Part shown: positions 10,622 through 23,183 of the stretch, one piece after another | Layout of the letters: each line of letters starts with the position of its first letter | How positions within the stretch are numbered: the first letter of the stretch is position 1 | Source: Desulfatiglandales bacterium | Lineage (GTDB): Bacteria; Desulfobacterota; DSM-4660; Desulfatiglandales; HGW-15 | Assembly (NCBI GenBank): GCA_963667015.2 | Contig: CAXXJJ010000004.1 | Location: 576,001 to 640,000 of the forward strand | Direction: 5' to 3' | Length of the DNA: 64,000 bases | The notes under the pieces: generated by a model | The model's input: the letters and a program-made list of their open reading frames with translations, nothing else | Databases searched by the model: none | What the model was told of the DNA's origin: nothing | Made by a program: the position numbers and the translations under genes

Positions 10622-12143
10622 TAACCTGTTTAATCTCCTTAAGCCCTTCTTCCATAATTGGCGTTAATTTTTCCCATAGAGGGTCATCAGGGCCTGCCTT
10701 TTCAACTTCATTATCAAGGTCGGACATCTGACTTTTTACAGTTTCAATAAGTTTCTTCTGGGCTTCCCTTACTTTTTCAATGGGTATTTCATCGAGCAGG
10801 CCCTTGCTAACGGCCAGCAGAATCACAATCTGTTCACCCACAGTCAAAGCGGATGCCTGATCCTGCTTTAATGACTCACGCACCCTTTTCCCATGTTCAA
10901 GAGTTTTTCTTGTCCGCTCATCCAGTCTTGTACCGAACCGGGCAAAGGATTCAAGTTCCTGGAACTGAGTGTATGACAGCTTCAGATCACCTGCCACCTT
11001 TCTGTATGCTGCTATTTGTGCCTTGCCTCCTACCCTTGATACTGATTTACCTACATCAACTGCAGGCAGTATGCCTTTCTGGAAAAGATCCGGAGAAACA
11101 TAGATCTGTCCGTCTGTTATGGAAATTAGGTTTGTGGGGATATAGGCCGATATGTTCTGAGCCTCTGTTTCAGCTATGGGAAGGGCGGTAAGGGAACCTC
11201 CGCCGAGATCAGGCTTCAGGTGTGTTGCCCTCTCAAGAAGCCTGGAGTGTATATAGAATATGTCACCTGGAAAAGCCTCCCTTCCAGGCGGTCTTCTTAA
11301 AAGCAGGGAGAGCTGTCTGTAGGCAAGTGCGTGCCTTGTAAGGTCATCAAACACAACAAGCACGTCCTTTCCCTTGTGCATAAAATATTCGCCTATGGAT
11401 GCCGCAGCATATGGCGCTATATAATGAAGGCCGGGAGAATCATCCCCTTCAACCACTACCACAACACTGTAGCCCATGGCATCATTTTCTTTTAATTCAT
11501 TAACAACCTTGGCAATGCTGGAGCTCCTCTGGCCTATGGCGCAGTATATACAGATTACATCCTTGTCCTTTTGATTGATGATTGTGTCAACAGCAATAGC
11601 TGTTTTACCTGTCTGCCTGTCCCCGAGGATCAGTTCTCTCTGTCCACGTCCGATAGGTATAAGGGCATCAACCACCTTGAGACCCGTCTGCATGGGCATT
11701 TCAACCGGAGAGCGGTCAAGTATGGGCGGGGCTTCTTTCAGTACGGGCCATCTTTCCTCTTCCTCTATCTTATCAAGACCGTCCAGAGGATTTCCCAGGG
11801 GATCAATAACCCTTCCAAGAAAATTCTGCCCCACAGGAATATCAAGGACTCTTCCGCTCCGGGTCACCTCCTCTCCGGCACTAAGATCTTCACTGGGACC
11901 GAAAACTACAATACCTATTCGTTCAGGAAGAAGATCAAAGACCATTCCCTGTATATCCCCGTTCAAAAAAACAAGTTCCTCTGACTTCACCTCCCCCAGG
12001 CCTTCTGCCCATACAATCCCCTGCCCTACTGACTTGATTCGTCCAACCTCTTCGACATGGGCCTCAAAGGTAAATTTATCAGTACCTTTATCAATGGCCT
12101 TTTCAACATCATTTAAAACATTTTTCAATTGGCTATCCATCAT
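10515..12143 (-). CDS. atpA: N-ATPase alpha subunit
   Basis: [40 protein letters not shown]-terminus overlaps atpG by 107 nt. Confidence 0.95.
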   Translation of the reverse strand: MMDSQLKNVLNDVEKAIDKGTDKFTFEAHVEEVGRIKSVGQGIVWAEGLGEVKSEELVFLNGDIQGMVFDLLPERIGIVVFGPSEDLSAGEEVTRSGRVLDIPVGQNFLGRVIDPLGNPLDGLDKIEEEERWPVLKEAPPILDRSPVEMPMQTGLKVVDALIPIGRGQRELILGDRQTGKTAIAVDTIINQKDKDVICIYCAIGQRSSSIAKVVNELKENDAMGYSVVVVVEGDDSPGLHYIAPYAAASIGEYFMHKGKDVLVVFDDLTRHALAYRQLSLLLRRPPGREAFPGDIFYIHSRLLERATHLKPDLGGGSLTALPIAETEAQNISAYIPTNLISITDGQIYVSPDLFQKGILPAVDVGKSVSRVGGKAQIAAYRKVAGDLKLSYTQFQELESFARFGTRLDERTRKTLEHGKRVRESLKQDQASALTVGEQIVILLAVSKGLLDEIPIEKVREAQKKLIETVKSQMSDLDNEVEKAGPDDPLWEKLTPIMEEGLKEIKQVNADTGNAEQEDQDRPGPTGSGQDNEKPGSSKHQTV

Positions 12144-12895
12144 GCATTCTCCGGGGAGATTCTTGAGAGATCCTTGAATATTTCCTTTTCAAATCCCTTC
12201 AGGTAGCTGGTAAGGTTCCATTCCACCCTGTTGTCACCGACTTTTGTCCTGACACCTATTCCCAGATCTCCTGATACCTGAAAATCAACTGATTTTATAC
12301 TGGGCATCAGTTTCATGATTTTTTCCCTTGATTCCCGGGTCATTGTCTCATCAAGTGGAAACCCTGTCTCAATAATAAGGTTCGAGTTTTTATTATTTTT
12401 AACCATATCCAGTGAGTTTTCAGACAGTTTCTCAAGGAAAATCGTAATTATCTGTTTTTCTATACCTTCCCCTGCCAGGTCATTAAGTACCTTCTCCCCT
12501 ATTTTCATTATACCAGATATTACTGTCTTTCTTACTCCCTTGATAAAAACATCCTTTTCCTGGTCTAGGAGGTTTACCCATTTTTCTCTGAGCCCTTCAA
12601 TATCCGCACGGGTGTCTTCAATGGTTTTTTTGCGCCACTGGGACACCTCTTCCTTTGCCTCTGTCATCATCTGATCTCTGGCAGATTCAAGGGCATTTCT
12701 CTCTTTATCTATCTCGATTGATTTTTTCCTTGCCTCTTTCTCCGCCTTTCTTGCGTTTTTAAGGGCATCAGAGACCTTCTTTTCCCTTTCATCCATGGCC
12801 TTTATGATCGGGCCATATAGAAAACGCTTCAGCAGGAAAATAAGGATCAGAAAATTTACAAGCTGGGCCAGGACTGTGAACCAGTTAATAAGCAC
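12140..12895 (-). CDS. atpF: N-ATPase b subunit (long form with delta-like C-terminus)
   Basis: [26 protein letters not shown], coiled coil, 251 aa; no separate atpH in the operon. Confidence 0.9.
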   Translation of the reverse strand: MLINWFTVLAQLVNFLILIFLLKRFLYGPIIKAMDEREKKVSDALKNARKAEKEARKKSIEIDKERNALESARDQMMTEAKEEVSQWRKKTIEDTRADIEGLREKWVNLLDQEKDVFIKGVRKTVISGIMKIGEKVLNDLAGEGIEKQIITIFLEKLSENSLDMVKNNKNSNLIIETGFPLDETMTRESREKIMKLMPSIKSVDFQVSGDLGIGVRTKVGDNRVEWNLTSYLKGFEKEIFKDLSRISPENA

Positions 12896-12898
12896 GGC

Positions 12899-13177
12899 TT
12901 ACCCCCCGGCCTGAGAGATAAAGTAGTTCCAGAATGGGTTTGCAAAAATCAGAATCATCGCCACTACAAAACAGTAAATGGCAGTAGATTCAACCATGGC
13001 CATTCCAACAAACAGGGTTCTGGTGATGGTCCCTGTCTCATCAGGCTGCTGGGCGATGGCGCTCAATGCCTGTGCAAGAGCCTTTCCTTCACCAAGGGCC
13101 GGTCCAATTGCTCCTATACAGATGCACAACCCTGCGGCAAAAATAGAAGCCATGGCCACAAGTCCTAAATTATCCAT
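12899..13177 (-). CDS. atpE: N-ATPase c subunit, Na+-binding type
   Basis: GPALGEG in helix 1, QQP loop, VESTAIY Na+ motif; start ATG 13177 behind AGGAG. Confidence 0.95.
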   Translation of the reverse strand: MDNLGLVAMASIFAAGLCICIGAIGPALGEGKALAQALSAIAQQPDETGTITRTLFVGMAMVESTAIYCFVVAMILIFANPFWNYFISQAGG

Positions 13178-13196
13178 AATATTTTCTCCTTTATCA

Positions 13197-13874
13197 TTAT
13201 TTGGTTTTCTTCTGTATCTGCATGCCTGCTCCAATATAAACAGCGGCAAGAATGGCGAATATATATGCCTGAACAAGCCCGGTCAAAAGTCCCAGAAGTT
13301 GAATCAGGATAGGAACAAAGACAGGTGCAAGCATCAGTAGAATAGCGACTATCATTGTGCCGCTCATTACGTTTCCGAACAGACGGACGGCAAGGGCGAG
13401 GGTCCTGCTGAACTCCCCTATTATATTGAATGGGAGCATAAAAAAGGAAGGCTGAAGATAATTACGAAAGTAATTAACTAATCCAATTTCGGAAACTGAA
13501 TAGATAGGCACTGCAATGAATACGGCAATTGCCAATGCCGCAGTAGTTGATAACGAACCGGTTGGAGGTTGAAATCCAGGTATAAGGGAAAGGGTATTTG
13601 AGATGGCAACGAATAAAAAAAGTGTTCCCACAAAGGGCATGAACCTGTCGGGTTCTTTCCGGGTGATTTCCTTTAGCTGCTGCCTGATAGCAGAAACAAT
13701 AATCTCAAGAAAGTTCTGCCATCGTGGTATACTTTCACCGCTGCTTAGACGTCTTGTAATCAGCCATGAGCCAAAGGTGACAATTACTATTACAATCCAA
13801 GTAAACAGAATTGTTGCGTTTATCTGTAAAAAGCCATGCTGCCAGTAAACAAGGCTGTCAGGACTAACATGCAT
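13197..13874 (-). CDS. atpB: N-ATPase a subunit
   Basis: PTGSLSTT, SRTLALAVRLFGN, QAYIFAILAAVYI. Confidence 0.95.
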   Translation of the reverse strand: MHVSPDSLVYWQHGFLQINATILFTWIVIVIVTFGSWLITRRLSSGESIPRWQNFLEIIVSAIRQQLKEITRKEPDRFMPFVGTLFLFVAISNTLSLIPGFQPPTGSLSTTAALAIAVFIAVPIYSVSEIGLVNYFRNYLQPSFFMLPFNIIGEFSRTLALAVRLFGNVMSGTMIVAILLMLAPVFVPILIQLLGLLTGLVQAYIFAILAAVYIGAGMQIQKKTK

Positions 13875-13876
13875 AT

Positions 13877-14164
13877 TTATTTCCTTTCACTCCCCGGCCC
13901 CAGTTTTTTTGTAATTACAAACCGGGTAATTACAAAGGCAATAAATGATATAATGAAGGGATAAAAACCATATTTAACTGTGATCCAGAATCCTGCAAGT
14001 ACCACGATTGTCCGTATTATAAAACTTATAAACAGGATCGACTTAAGTTTATTACTGCCTGCAGCCAGTTTCAGGGTATAATAGAGCCCGCCAAAATAAA
14101 AAACTGACAGAATGATACCCCATAGAGGTGCAATACAGTATATGACAATATCAGTCTTTGTCAT
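13877..14164 (-). CDS. atpR: N-ATPase AtpR subunit
   Basis: FYFGGLYYT, SFIIR, FVITR (two membrane Arg); lies between atpQ and atpB; start at MTKTD. Confidence 0.8.
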   Translation of the reverse strand: MTKTDIVIYCIAPLWGIILSVFYFGGLYYTLKLAAGSNKLKSILFISFIIRTIVVLAGFWITVKYGFYPFIISFIAFVITRFVITKKLGPGSERK

Positions 14165-14469
14165 TTTCACGATCCTCATTAATTTTGTTTCGCTGCTTAT
14201 TGATCCAGAACCATGCATTTAGATATCCCATTATCAATCCCAGGACTATCAGCATAAGAGACCATGAATATCCTCCCTGCCATTTCAGATCTATCCAGAT
14301 GCCCACAAACGCGCCTATGACAGTAGGAATAGAAACAGACCACCCGACCACGCCGAAGGTTCCAAGGCCAAACCACACCTCGTCATAATTTTTATTTCGG
14401 GATCTGATTTTTCGTTTTTCACGCACCCCTACGCTGCTGAAAAAGTCCTGCTCTTTTTTTTTCCTGTTA

Positions 14470-14477
<8 letters not shown>
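14151..14477 (-). CDS. atpQ: N-ATPase AtpQ (AtpZ/AtpI family)
   Basis: WFGLGTFGVVGWSVSIPT..G..GIWID, NAWFWI. Confidence 0.85.
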
Positions 14478-16334
<1,857 letters not shown>

Positions 16335-16461
16335 TTACCTATTCTTCCGGTTTATCTTTATTATCGGTCTTTATACCAAGTGATTAGGGATACTTAACCG
16401 CGTCTTCCAATTTTGCCTGCAAAGGTCCCCAGAGTTCCGGATTATTTCATTTTAAAGTTAC

Positions 16462-16617
16462 CTATATAAAATCGTTTTTTTTAATTAGATGCATGCCTTC
16501 ATAATTATTTTCGCTTTTTTCTGCTATCCGGCTGAACCATGTTGCAGGGATTTCTGCGAGCCAGTACAGGAAGTAACCAATGGTGATTGTAAGCAGAATA
16601 AAACTGAGTACAGGCAT
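16462..16617 (-). other. Small 51-aa membrane ORF or gene fragment
   Basis: AAGGAG RBS, MPVLSFILLTITIGYFLYWLAEIPATWFSRIAEKSE...; one hydrophobic helix; too short for the ORF track. Confidence 0.3.
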
Positions 16618-16713
16618 ACATCTCCTTACTGTGACAATTGCTAAGGCAAATACACTTTACTTACAGGAAATAAGCCTGTCTGAAAACACGGGAGTTCTTT
16701 TCAGGCCTTTAAT

Positions 16714-16920
16714 CTAAACAGGCTTTTTAATGTGCTTCAGGTAACTGTTAAATAAAAAGCCAATAACAATTCCTACAACAAGCAGGATAAACATTAACAG
16801 TATTCTTGAAATACTTATTGTCCAGAAATAAAACCTGATATCCACAACAGCCGCATTCTGGACTATAAATATCACAGCCATAAATATCAGCACAATAATG
16901 GCAGTTAATTTATATTTCAT
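16714..16920 (-). CDS. LapA/DUF1049 family small membrane protein
   Basis: Two TM helices with IFIVQN..VV.I.FYFW motif. Confidence 0.75.
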   Translation of the reverse strand: MKYKLTAIIVLIFMAVIFIVQNAAVVDIRFYFWTISISRILLMFILLVVGIVIGFLFNSYLKHIKKPV

Positions 16921-16994
16921 ATTTAACCTTTGATAGTGAGTTTAATAAATTAACCCTCTTTAATAATGGAGGAATCACGGACATTGACAGTTAA

Positions 16995-17026
16995 TTAACT
17001 ACCCCGCCTAAAAGAAGCGGGGTTTC
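16995..17026. repeat. GC hairpin resembling an IS200/IS605-type end; may act as terminator
   Basis: TTAACTACCCCGC-CTAAAAGAA-GCGGGGTTTC. Confidence 0.45.
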
Positions 17027-17080
17027 TGTATAGATAATGCAACCGGGAGGAGCGGAGAAACTTGTCGGCTTTAGACTGAT

Positions 17081-18109
17081 TTAATTTTCAAACAGGTACC
17101 CCAGTGTGAACATCAGAGCCGTATCGGTATCCTCCCTGCCTGGTGAAGGGGTTTTTTCCCAGTCCCAGTTATACTGAAGGGATGCATTGAAGTGCTTGAA
17201 TAAAGGGACACGTATTCCGGTCCTGCTTTTAATAAACATATCATCCGAATTCTCCAGGCTCATAAATCCTTCGTGAAAATGGAATAACTGGAAGGCCTTA
17301 TCGTAAAAGTACCTGTCCCAGGTAATTGCCCACCTGCCTGATGAATATGAATTGTCCGGTGCTGCAATATAATTTTCACTCACATAATTTATACCTGCCT
17401 CAAGTGAAAGATTGGTTATTTTGGTTTCATAAAACTGATAACCGGACCCGATACCGATTAAAGACCGCAGACTCAGGTCTTTGAATCTATCCTTTTCAAA
17501 AAGTGCATTACTGTAGGCAAACCATTTTTTTGAAAAAAAGTGATCGTATTTAATATAGCCAAGTGTATTATTCTCTGTCTTTACTCCTTCGTCTTCTGTT
17601 CTGTTCAACTGAACACCCGCGGTATATCTGTTTTTCTCTGTTCTTGCAGAGAATTCACCGTCAATATGTTCAGTATCTTTTTCCGTATTTCCGCTTGTGT
17701 AGGTTAATCCCGCGTTTACCCTGACCTTTATCCTTACAGGAGGCTCTTTAGGCGGATTTATCGATTTAACATCAGCCATGGAAAAGGATACGGGTTCCTG
17801 AACCTTGCTCGTTGTGATTATCATTTTGTCCTGTTCAAAGCCCCGGGGACTGCCTTTTATCAGGCTGTCATCACTCAACAGGACCGAAATCTCTTTTTCT
17901 GTTTTTATATCAGCTATCTCGGTCCATTTGATTCCGATTTCACCGGCGTAGGAGGTTTTTATAACGAGCTTGCCGTCCTTCATGGTAATGACTTCACCGG
18001 AAATCCTGTCGCCGTTTTTTGTAGTTATTTCATCTGCGTCAAGACTGGAAAAGCTAAAGATATTAATTAGTAACAGTGTGATTATAAAACATTTATTAAA
18101 GGTTTTCAT
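17081..18109 (-). CDS. DUF481/YdiY-like outer-membrane beta-barrel protein
   Basis: Signal peptide, KNGDRISGE N-domain, alternating beta strands, FEKDRFKDL..R...G.GYQF, terminal LGYLFEN. Confidence 0.8.
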   Translation of the reverse strand: MKTFNKCFIITLLLINIFSFSSLDADEITTKNGDRISGEVITMKDGKLVIKTSYAGEIGIKWTEIADIKTEKEISVLLSDDSLIKGSPRGFEQDKMIITTSKVQEPVSFSMADVKSINPPKEPPVRIKVRVNAGLTYTSGNTEKDTEHIDGEFSARTEKNRYTAGVQLNRTEDEGVKTENNTLGYIKYDHFFSKKWFAYSNALFEKDRFKDLSLRSLIGIGSGYQFYETKITNLSLEAGINYVSENYIAAPDNSYSSGRWAITWDRYFYDKAFQLFHFHEGFMSLENSDDMFIKSRTGIRVPLFKHFNASLQYNWDWEKTPSPGREDTDTALMFTLGYLFEN

Positions 18110-18259
18110 AACATGCTCCTTCCGGTTACGGGTTCAGCCCCGACTCAAAATTTAGTGTTAGAATTAGTTTTAAACTATATTTTTGAAGATAGAATACTTG
18201 CTTGCCAAATGGTTAATTTATACTTGCAGGTCTTTTTCTAGTCAACAGTATTTATGATT

Positions 18260-19219
18260 TCACCCTGTATACATGCGGTATCCAATATACAATGAGTAGA
18301 AAACAAGGAAAACAGCGCCTTCCCATCTGTCCAGTGAATGTTTTTTTAAGGTAAACATACTCAAAAACAGCAGAATGCTGGCGGCAATAACCACACCTAT
18401 ATCTATATTACTTGATAATGAAAACGGTATGGGTTTAATTACTGAACTGATACCCAGTACAAAAAGGACATTAAAGATATTTGATCCAACTACATTACCA
18501 ACAGCTATATCCGCCTTTTTTTTATATGCTGCGGCAGCAGATGTGGCAAGTTCCGGAAGAGAGGTCCCAATAGCAACAATAGTCAACCCTATAAGGCCTT
18601 CACTCATGCCAAAGGATGAGGCGATTTTTACGGCTCCATCTTTTATCCATACCCCCCCTGCGGTAAGGCAGACAAAACCGAGAATCACCATTATTAAGGA
18701 CCTGAGAAACGAGTATTTGCCGGAAGGCACGTGTTCGGCCATCCCGTCTACATCGGAGGCAATTGAACATGAATAGTAAATAAATATGGAAAAGAAAAGT
18801 AACAGCAGTAATCCGTCCGATCGTGTCAGAATGTTTTGTGCTTCATTATTTATCAACGACCCGTTAACCATAATCCCGAGGGCAAGAATAGCAAGAAGGC
18901 TGAATGGAATCTCTTTCCATACAGTACCACTGGTTACCTTAAGAGGAAATATCAGTGATGAAATGCCAAGTATCAGGAAAATATTTGAGATATTGCTGCC
19001 CAGTACATTACCAATAGCCAGGTCAGTATTTCCATTTATACTTGCAATGACATTGACAAACAGTTCAGGTGTCGAGGTGCCGAATGCCACGACAGTAAGA
19101 CCGATAACAAGGTCTGACACATTAAAACGTCTTGCAAGAGATGATGAACCTTCAACAAGGATATCCGCCCCTTTTATGAGAACTAAAAAACCTGCAGCAA
19201 AAAGAATATACACGAGCAT
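18260..19219 (-). CDS. Calcium/sodium antiporter (YrbG/CaCA family)
   Basis: Two alpha repeats: GTSTPEL...GNVLGSN and GTSLPEL...GNVVGSN. Confidence 0.92.
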   Translation of the reverse strand: MLVYILFAAGFLVLIKGADILVEGSSSLARRFNVSDLVIGLTVVAFGTSTPELFVNVIASINGNTDLAIGNVLGSNISNIFLILGISSLIFPLKVTSGTVWKEIPFSLLAILALGIMVNGSLINNEAQNILTRSDGLLLLLFFSIFIYYSCSIASDVDGMAEHVPSGKYSFLRSLIMVILGFVCLTAGGVWIKDGAVKIASSFGMSEGLIGLTIVAIGTSLPELATSAAAAYKKKADIAVGNVVGSNIFNVLFVLGISSVIKPIPFSLSSNIDIGVVIAASILLFLSMFTLKKHSLDRWEGAVFLVFYSLYIGYRMYTG

Positions 19220-19295
19220 TGACAGAGCCTCAGCGAAAGGATCAATATATCTTCATAACCCTTTAATATTATTTAATTTATATCTGGATAAAAAT

Positions 19296-19574
19296 CTATT
19301 TGATGGTTATTAAACTGTTTAATGTGCCGTGCTCATTATAGACAACATTTTCATTTGCCGGGTCATGCCACCATTCGTCACCCACAAGATATTTGTACTC
19401 ATATGTTCCGGGAGGGATGATAACGGTTTTTGTCCAGACACCGTCTTCATTCTGTTTCATATGGTGTTTTCTGATATCCCAGTTGTTAAAGGTGCCCGTA
19501 AGACAGACATCCTTTGCCCCCGGCGCTGATAGCGAAAATGTAACCCTTTTCCTTTTTACCCTCTTCTGTACCAT
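19296..19574 (-). CDS. Stand-alone CBM48/isoamylase early-set (glycogen-binding) domain protein
   Basis: AKDVCLTGTFNNW, GVW, PGTYEYKYLVGDEW..DP.N, GTLNS. Confidence 0.85.
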   Translation of the reverse strand: MVQKRVKRKRVTFSLSAPGAKDVCLTGTFNNWDIRKHHMKQNEDGVWTKTVIIPPGTYEYKYLVGDEWWHDPANENVVYNEHGTLNSLITIK

Positions 19575-19726
19575 TTTCTTTTCTCCTGTAATCCGGAAAA
19601 TTCGGTTATAATCGGATTTATTTCATAATGACATTATGAAATGCTTTCGAGGGATAAATATATCATATTAAGGGTCTGAATATCCAATAATAAACTTCTA
19701 CAGGAAGGTAAGATCAACTGTGTAGA

Positions 19727-20662
19727 TCATTGATTTTCAACCTCACAACTTACCCCGTTCTTCAATTCAGGATCAAGCTGCCTTAAAAGCGCCCAGGCCT
19801 CTTCGGCAGTTTCTACAAATTTAAAAAGATCAAGATCTCCGGGAGAAATAGTCCCCTCTTCCACAAACATCTCAAAATCAATCAATCTCTTCCAGTATTC
19901 AAGCCCAAAGAGCAGAATCGGGATAGGCTTTATTTTTTTAGTCTGAACAAGTGTCAGTGTTTCAAAAAGCTCATCCATTGTGCCGAATCCGCCGGGAAAG
20001 ACTATCAACGCCTTTGCCCGCATGAGAAAATGCATTTTTCTTATGGCAAAATAGTGAAACTGGAAGCAAAGCTCAGGGGTAATATACTTGTTCGGGTGCT
20101 GCTCAAATGGCAGGACAATATTAAGGCCGATACTTTCTGCCCCTGATTCATAGGCACCCCTGTTTGCCGCCTCCATTATGCCGTGTCCGCCCCCGGTTGT
20201 AATGACATAGGCCTTTTTTTCAGCCTTCTGGCAGGATAGGGATATCATTTTGGCAAGTTTTCTTGCCTCTTCATAGTAATTACTGTTTTTGACCGCCCTT
20301 CTGGCCTTATTGAGTTTTACCAGCAGCTCGCTGTCTTCAGGCTGTTTTTTAAGCTCTTCTTCAACCTTTTCGAGCTCCTTTAATGCGGTTTCGTTATCCA
20401 GGGTCCTTGCGCTTCCAAAAAAAATAATCGTCGATTCTATACCCAGTTCCTGCTGTACCAGTTCAGGTTTAAGCAGCTCAAGCTGAAGCCTGATGGGTCT
20501 TAGATCATCACGAAGTATAAATTTGTCATCCAGATATGAGAGTTTGTAGGATTCGGATCTGGTCTGTGGTGTATCAGCGGCCTTTTTTGAGGCCTCTGCC
20601 TCTTCATGTGCGTGGGAATAGGGACTTGCATTTTTTTTACCTGAGGGCATATAGTTCTCCAT
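19727..20662 (-). CDS. LOG family nucleotide phosphoribohydrolase (TIGR00730-like)
   Basis: FGSAR, TGGG.GIMEAANRGA, FAIRKMHF, FPGGFGTMDELFE. Confidence 0.9.
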   Translation of the reverse strand: MENYMPSGKKNASPYSHAHEEAEASKKAADTPQTRSESYKLSYLDDKFILRDDLRPIRLQLELLKPELVQQELGIESTIIFFGSARTLDNETALKELEKVEEELKKQPEDSELLVKLNKARRAVKNSNYYEEARKLAKMISLSCQKAEKKAYVITTGGGHGIMEAANRGAYESGAESIGLNIVLPFEQHPNKYITPELCFQFHYFAIRKMHFLMRAKALIVFPGGFGTMDELFETLTLVQTKKIKPIPILLFGLEYWKRLIDFEMFVEEGTISPGDLDLFKFVETAEEAWALLRQLDPELKNGVSCEVENQ

Positions 20663-20876
20663 AATTAGTATTATAAAATTTCAGCCAGCATATCCCGGCA
20701 GAAAAAATGATTCAATTATTAATTTAACTTAATTTATAATATTATTTGCCTACTGCAATTTATTCATGTTAAAAATATTCCATTAATAAAAATCGACAAG
20801 ACACCGGCTATGTATAAATATAAATTTAACTCACCGGAAATATTAATGAACCAGATAAAAAGATGAGGATCATATA

Positions 20877-22253
20877 ATGAATCTTCAACGTATGTTAAGA
20901 CCTCAAAGTATCGCAGTAATTGGTGTTTCTCTCAGTAATGACACTCATCCCGCTAATATAATATTTACCAAAAACCATTTCAGGCAGCCTGTTAAGGCAT
21001 ACCCGGTCAATCCAAAGGGAGGAAAACTCCATGGCGATACAGTGTATACCTCCATCTCTGACATCCCTGACAAGGTGGATCTGGCCGTGATATCGGCCAG
21101 GGCTGAATTCTGCCCTCAAATTCTTGAGGAGTGTATCAAATCGGGAGCAGGTGGTGCGGCAGTAATATCAGGGGGATTTGCAGAGACAGGCAACATTGAT
21201 CTTCAGAATAAAATGGTTCATATGGCTGAAGAGGCAGATTTCCCTTTTATTGGACCAAACTGTCTGGGATTATATGTCCCCGATGTCGTGGACACCTTTT
21301 TTCTGCCTTCCGAGCGCATGGTTAAGCCCGAAAACGGCAATGTAGCTGTTGTCAGCCAGAGCGGAGGAATTCTTGTTGATCAGATGGTCAAATTTGCAGG
21401 CGAGGGTGTCGGCATTTCACTGGGGTTGAGTATCGGCAACAAGGCTGTTATCGGCGAAATGGAACTGCTCGATTATCTGATCAGGGACGAAAATACAGAT
21501 GTTATAACATTCTACATAGAAGGCTTTGGGAACAACGAAGGCCGCGAGTTCATGCTGGCGGCAGGAAGAAGTCCCAAGCCGGTGGTAGTACTCAAGGCAG
21601 GTAAGAGTGCGGGAGGCAGCAGGGCTGTCACAAGCCATACAGCCAGCATGGGAGGAAATTATAAAATATTCTCGGATATAGCCCTTCAGCATAATGTTAT
21701 AGAGGCAAAAAATGAGCAGGAGCTGATCTCATTCTGTGAATCTTTGAGCTGTTACCAGCAGTATAATCCGGGAAGACTCGGGATCATAACCGGCAGCGGC
21801 GGTCACGGAGCAATAGCGGTTGATTTCTGTGATGAGAGAGGTCTGTCTGTTACAGAATTTGACAGTAACTATCAGAATGAACTGCGGACAAAGCTCTCCC
21901 CGAGCATAGCGCAGATAGCATCACTGGGCAACCCGCTTGATCTTACCGGAAGTGCGACAGATATTGATTTTATTCATATGGCTGAAGCCCTGAGCCGGCA
22001 GCCGGATATAGATTGTATTCTATTACTCCTGCTGCCGTATCTACCGGGCATTACGCTGGATATAGGCGCAAGGTTGAGCCAGGTCTGTCACAATGAAGGA
22101 AAACCGATGATTGCCTATGTACCCCATGTTGAAAGATACAGGATGCTTATCGAAGGATTTGAACAGAACAGGGTACCTGTTTCCCCTTCCATAGAAGGTG
22201 CGGTGCTCATGGCTGAGGCAATGAAAAGATGTAAACCATGTGAATTAAGGTGA
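20877..22253 (+). CDS. Acyl-CoA synthetase (NDP-forming) alpha subunit
   Basis: PQSIAVIG, SGGFAE, IGPNCLG, SQSGG, SHTAS phospho-His motif, NPLDLTG. Confidence 0.88.
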   Translation: MNLQRMLRPQSIAVIGVSLSNDTHPANIIFTKNHFRQPVKAYPVNPKGGKLHGDTVYTSISDIPDKVDLAVISARAEFCPQILEECIKSGAGGAAVISGGFAETGNIDLQNKMVHMAEEADFPFIGPNCLGLYVPDVVDTFFLPSERMVKPENGNVAVVSQSGGILVDQMVKFAGEGVGISLGLSIGNKAVIGEMELLDYLIRDENTDVITFYIEGFGNNEGREFMLAAGRSPKPVVVLKAGKSAGGSRAVTSHTASMGGNYKIFSDIALQHNVIEAKNEQELISFCESLSCYQQYNPGRLGIITGSGGHGAIAVDFCDERGLSVTEFDSNYQNELRTKLSPSIAQIASLGNPLDLTGSATDIDFIHMAEALSRQPDIDCILLLLLPYLPGITLDIGARLSQVCHNEGKPMIAYVPHVERYRMLIEGFEQNRVPVSPSIEGAVLMAEAMKRCKPCELR

Positions 22254-23176
22254 GAGAAATTATGTCAAAAAAACAGATTGTCACAATCGTTATTTGTATT
22301 GTTATTTTTGGAGCACTTGGATTTCTTGGCTACAGAACGCTTGAATCACACTACAAAACCAATCTTGATGTCCTTGAACAGGAAAAAATCGAGTGGCAGG
22401 CAAAAAATGAAGAACTGACCGATAAAATCGTCTCTCTTAAAAAGACTGTATCTACCCTTACAGGTGATGCAAACCTGGTTGAGGATGAGGATATCGTTTC
22501 AGAGGATGAGTCAGGTTCAAAGGCACCCGGTGATGATCTGGAGACTGCCGATCCAATTGAGGATGTTGAGCGCCGTATAGCCGCTTTTTTTGTGCATCTT
22601 GACCAGCAGGACTACATAAAAGAATATGATCTGGATGGGAGCTCCTACAACGAGTATGAAGAGATTATCCAGAAAATATCAGAAAAGCCGCCTCTTTTTG
22701 GAAATGAGACCGAATCCCTTTATAACATGTTTGTAAACATTGCGCACTTTTACAGGGCGCTGGGTAAAGAGAGAATATTCCTGGTTAAGAACGTGCTTGC
22801 CCATGAAAACGAGGATATTGAATCTACGATGAGGGATTTTTATTTGTGGTATACATATGACAGCAAGGATAGAAAAAAAATAAAGGGGCGTCCGTCTCAG
22901 CAGACTCTGTATGAATATGCAGGTTTCTTCCTTAACACCATTGGCGGCAGAAACTATCTCATGAGGCAGGAATCAAAGATCCGGATACTCACCAGCTACT
23001 ACAGTGTGCTGATCCTGGACAGGGCAAACGATATGAAACAGAACCCTAACGGGATTGATATAAGGCCATATCTGAGGCTTGTATTCAGTGATCTGTCCAA
23101 TAAATCCGGATTTACATTTCACTATGAGTACATGAAAAATCTTAAAAGGCTGAAGGAAAAATATAATATAGATTAA
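22250..23176 (+). CDS. Hypothetical membrane-anchored protein
   Basis: N-terminal TM, coiled coil; start overlaps the upstream stop. Confidence 0.7.
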   Translation: MREIMSKKQIVTIVICIVIFGALGFLGYRTLESHYKTNLDVLEQEKIEWQAKNEELTDKIVSLKKTVSTLTGDANLVEDEDIVSEDESGSKAPGDDLETADPIEDVERRIAAFFVHLDQQDYIKEYDLDGSSYNEYEEIIQKISEKPPLFGNETESLYNMFVNIAHFYRALGKERIFLVKNVLAHENEDIESTMRDFYLWYTYDSKDRKKIKGRPSQQTLYEYAGFFLNTIGGRNYLMRQESKIRILTSYYSVLILDRANDMKQNPNGIDIRPYLRLVFSDLSNKSGFTFHYEYMKNLKRLKEKYNID

Positions 23177-23183
23177 ACATACA

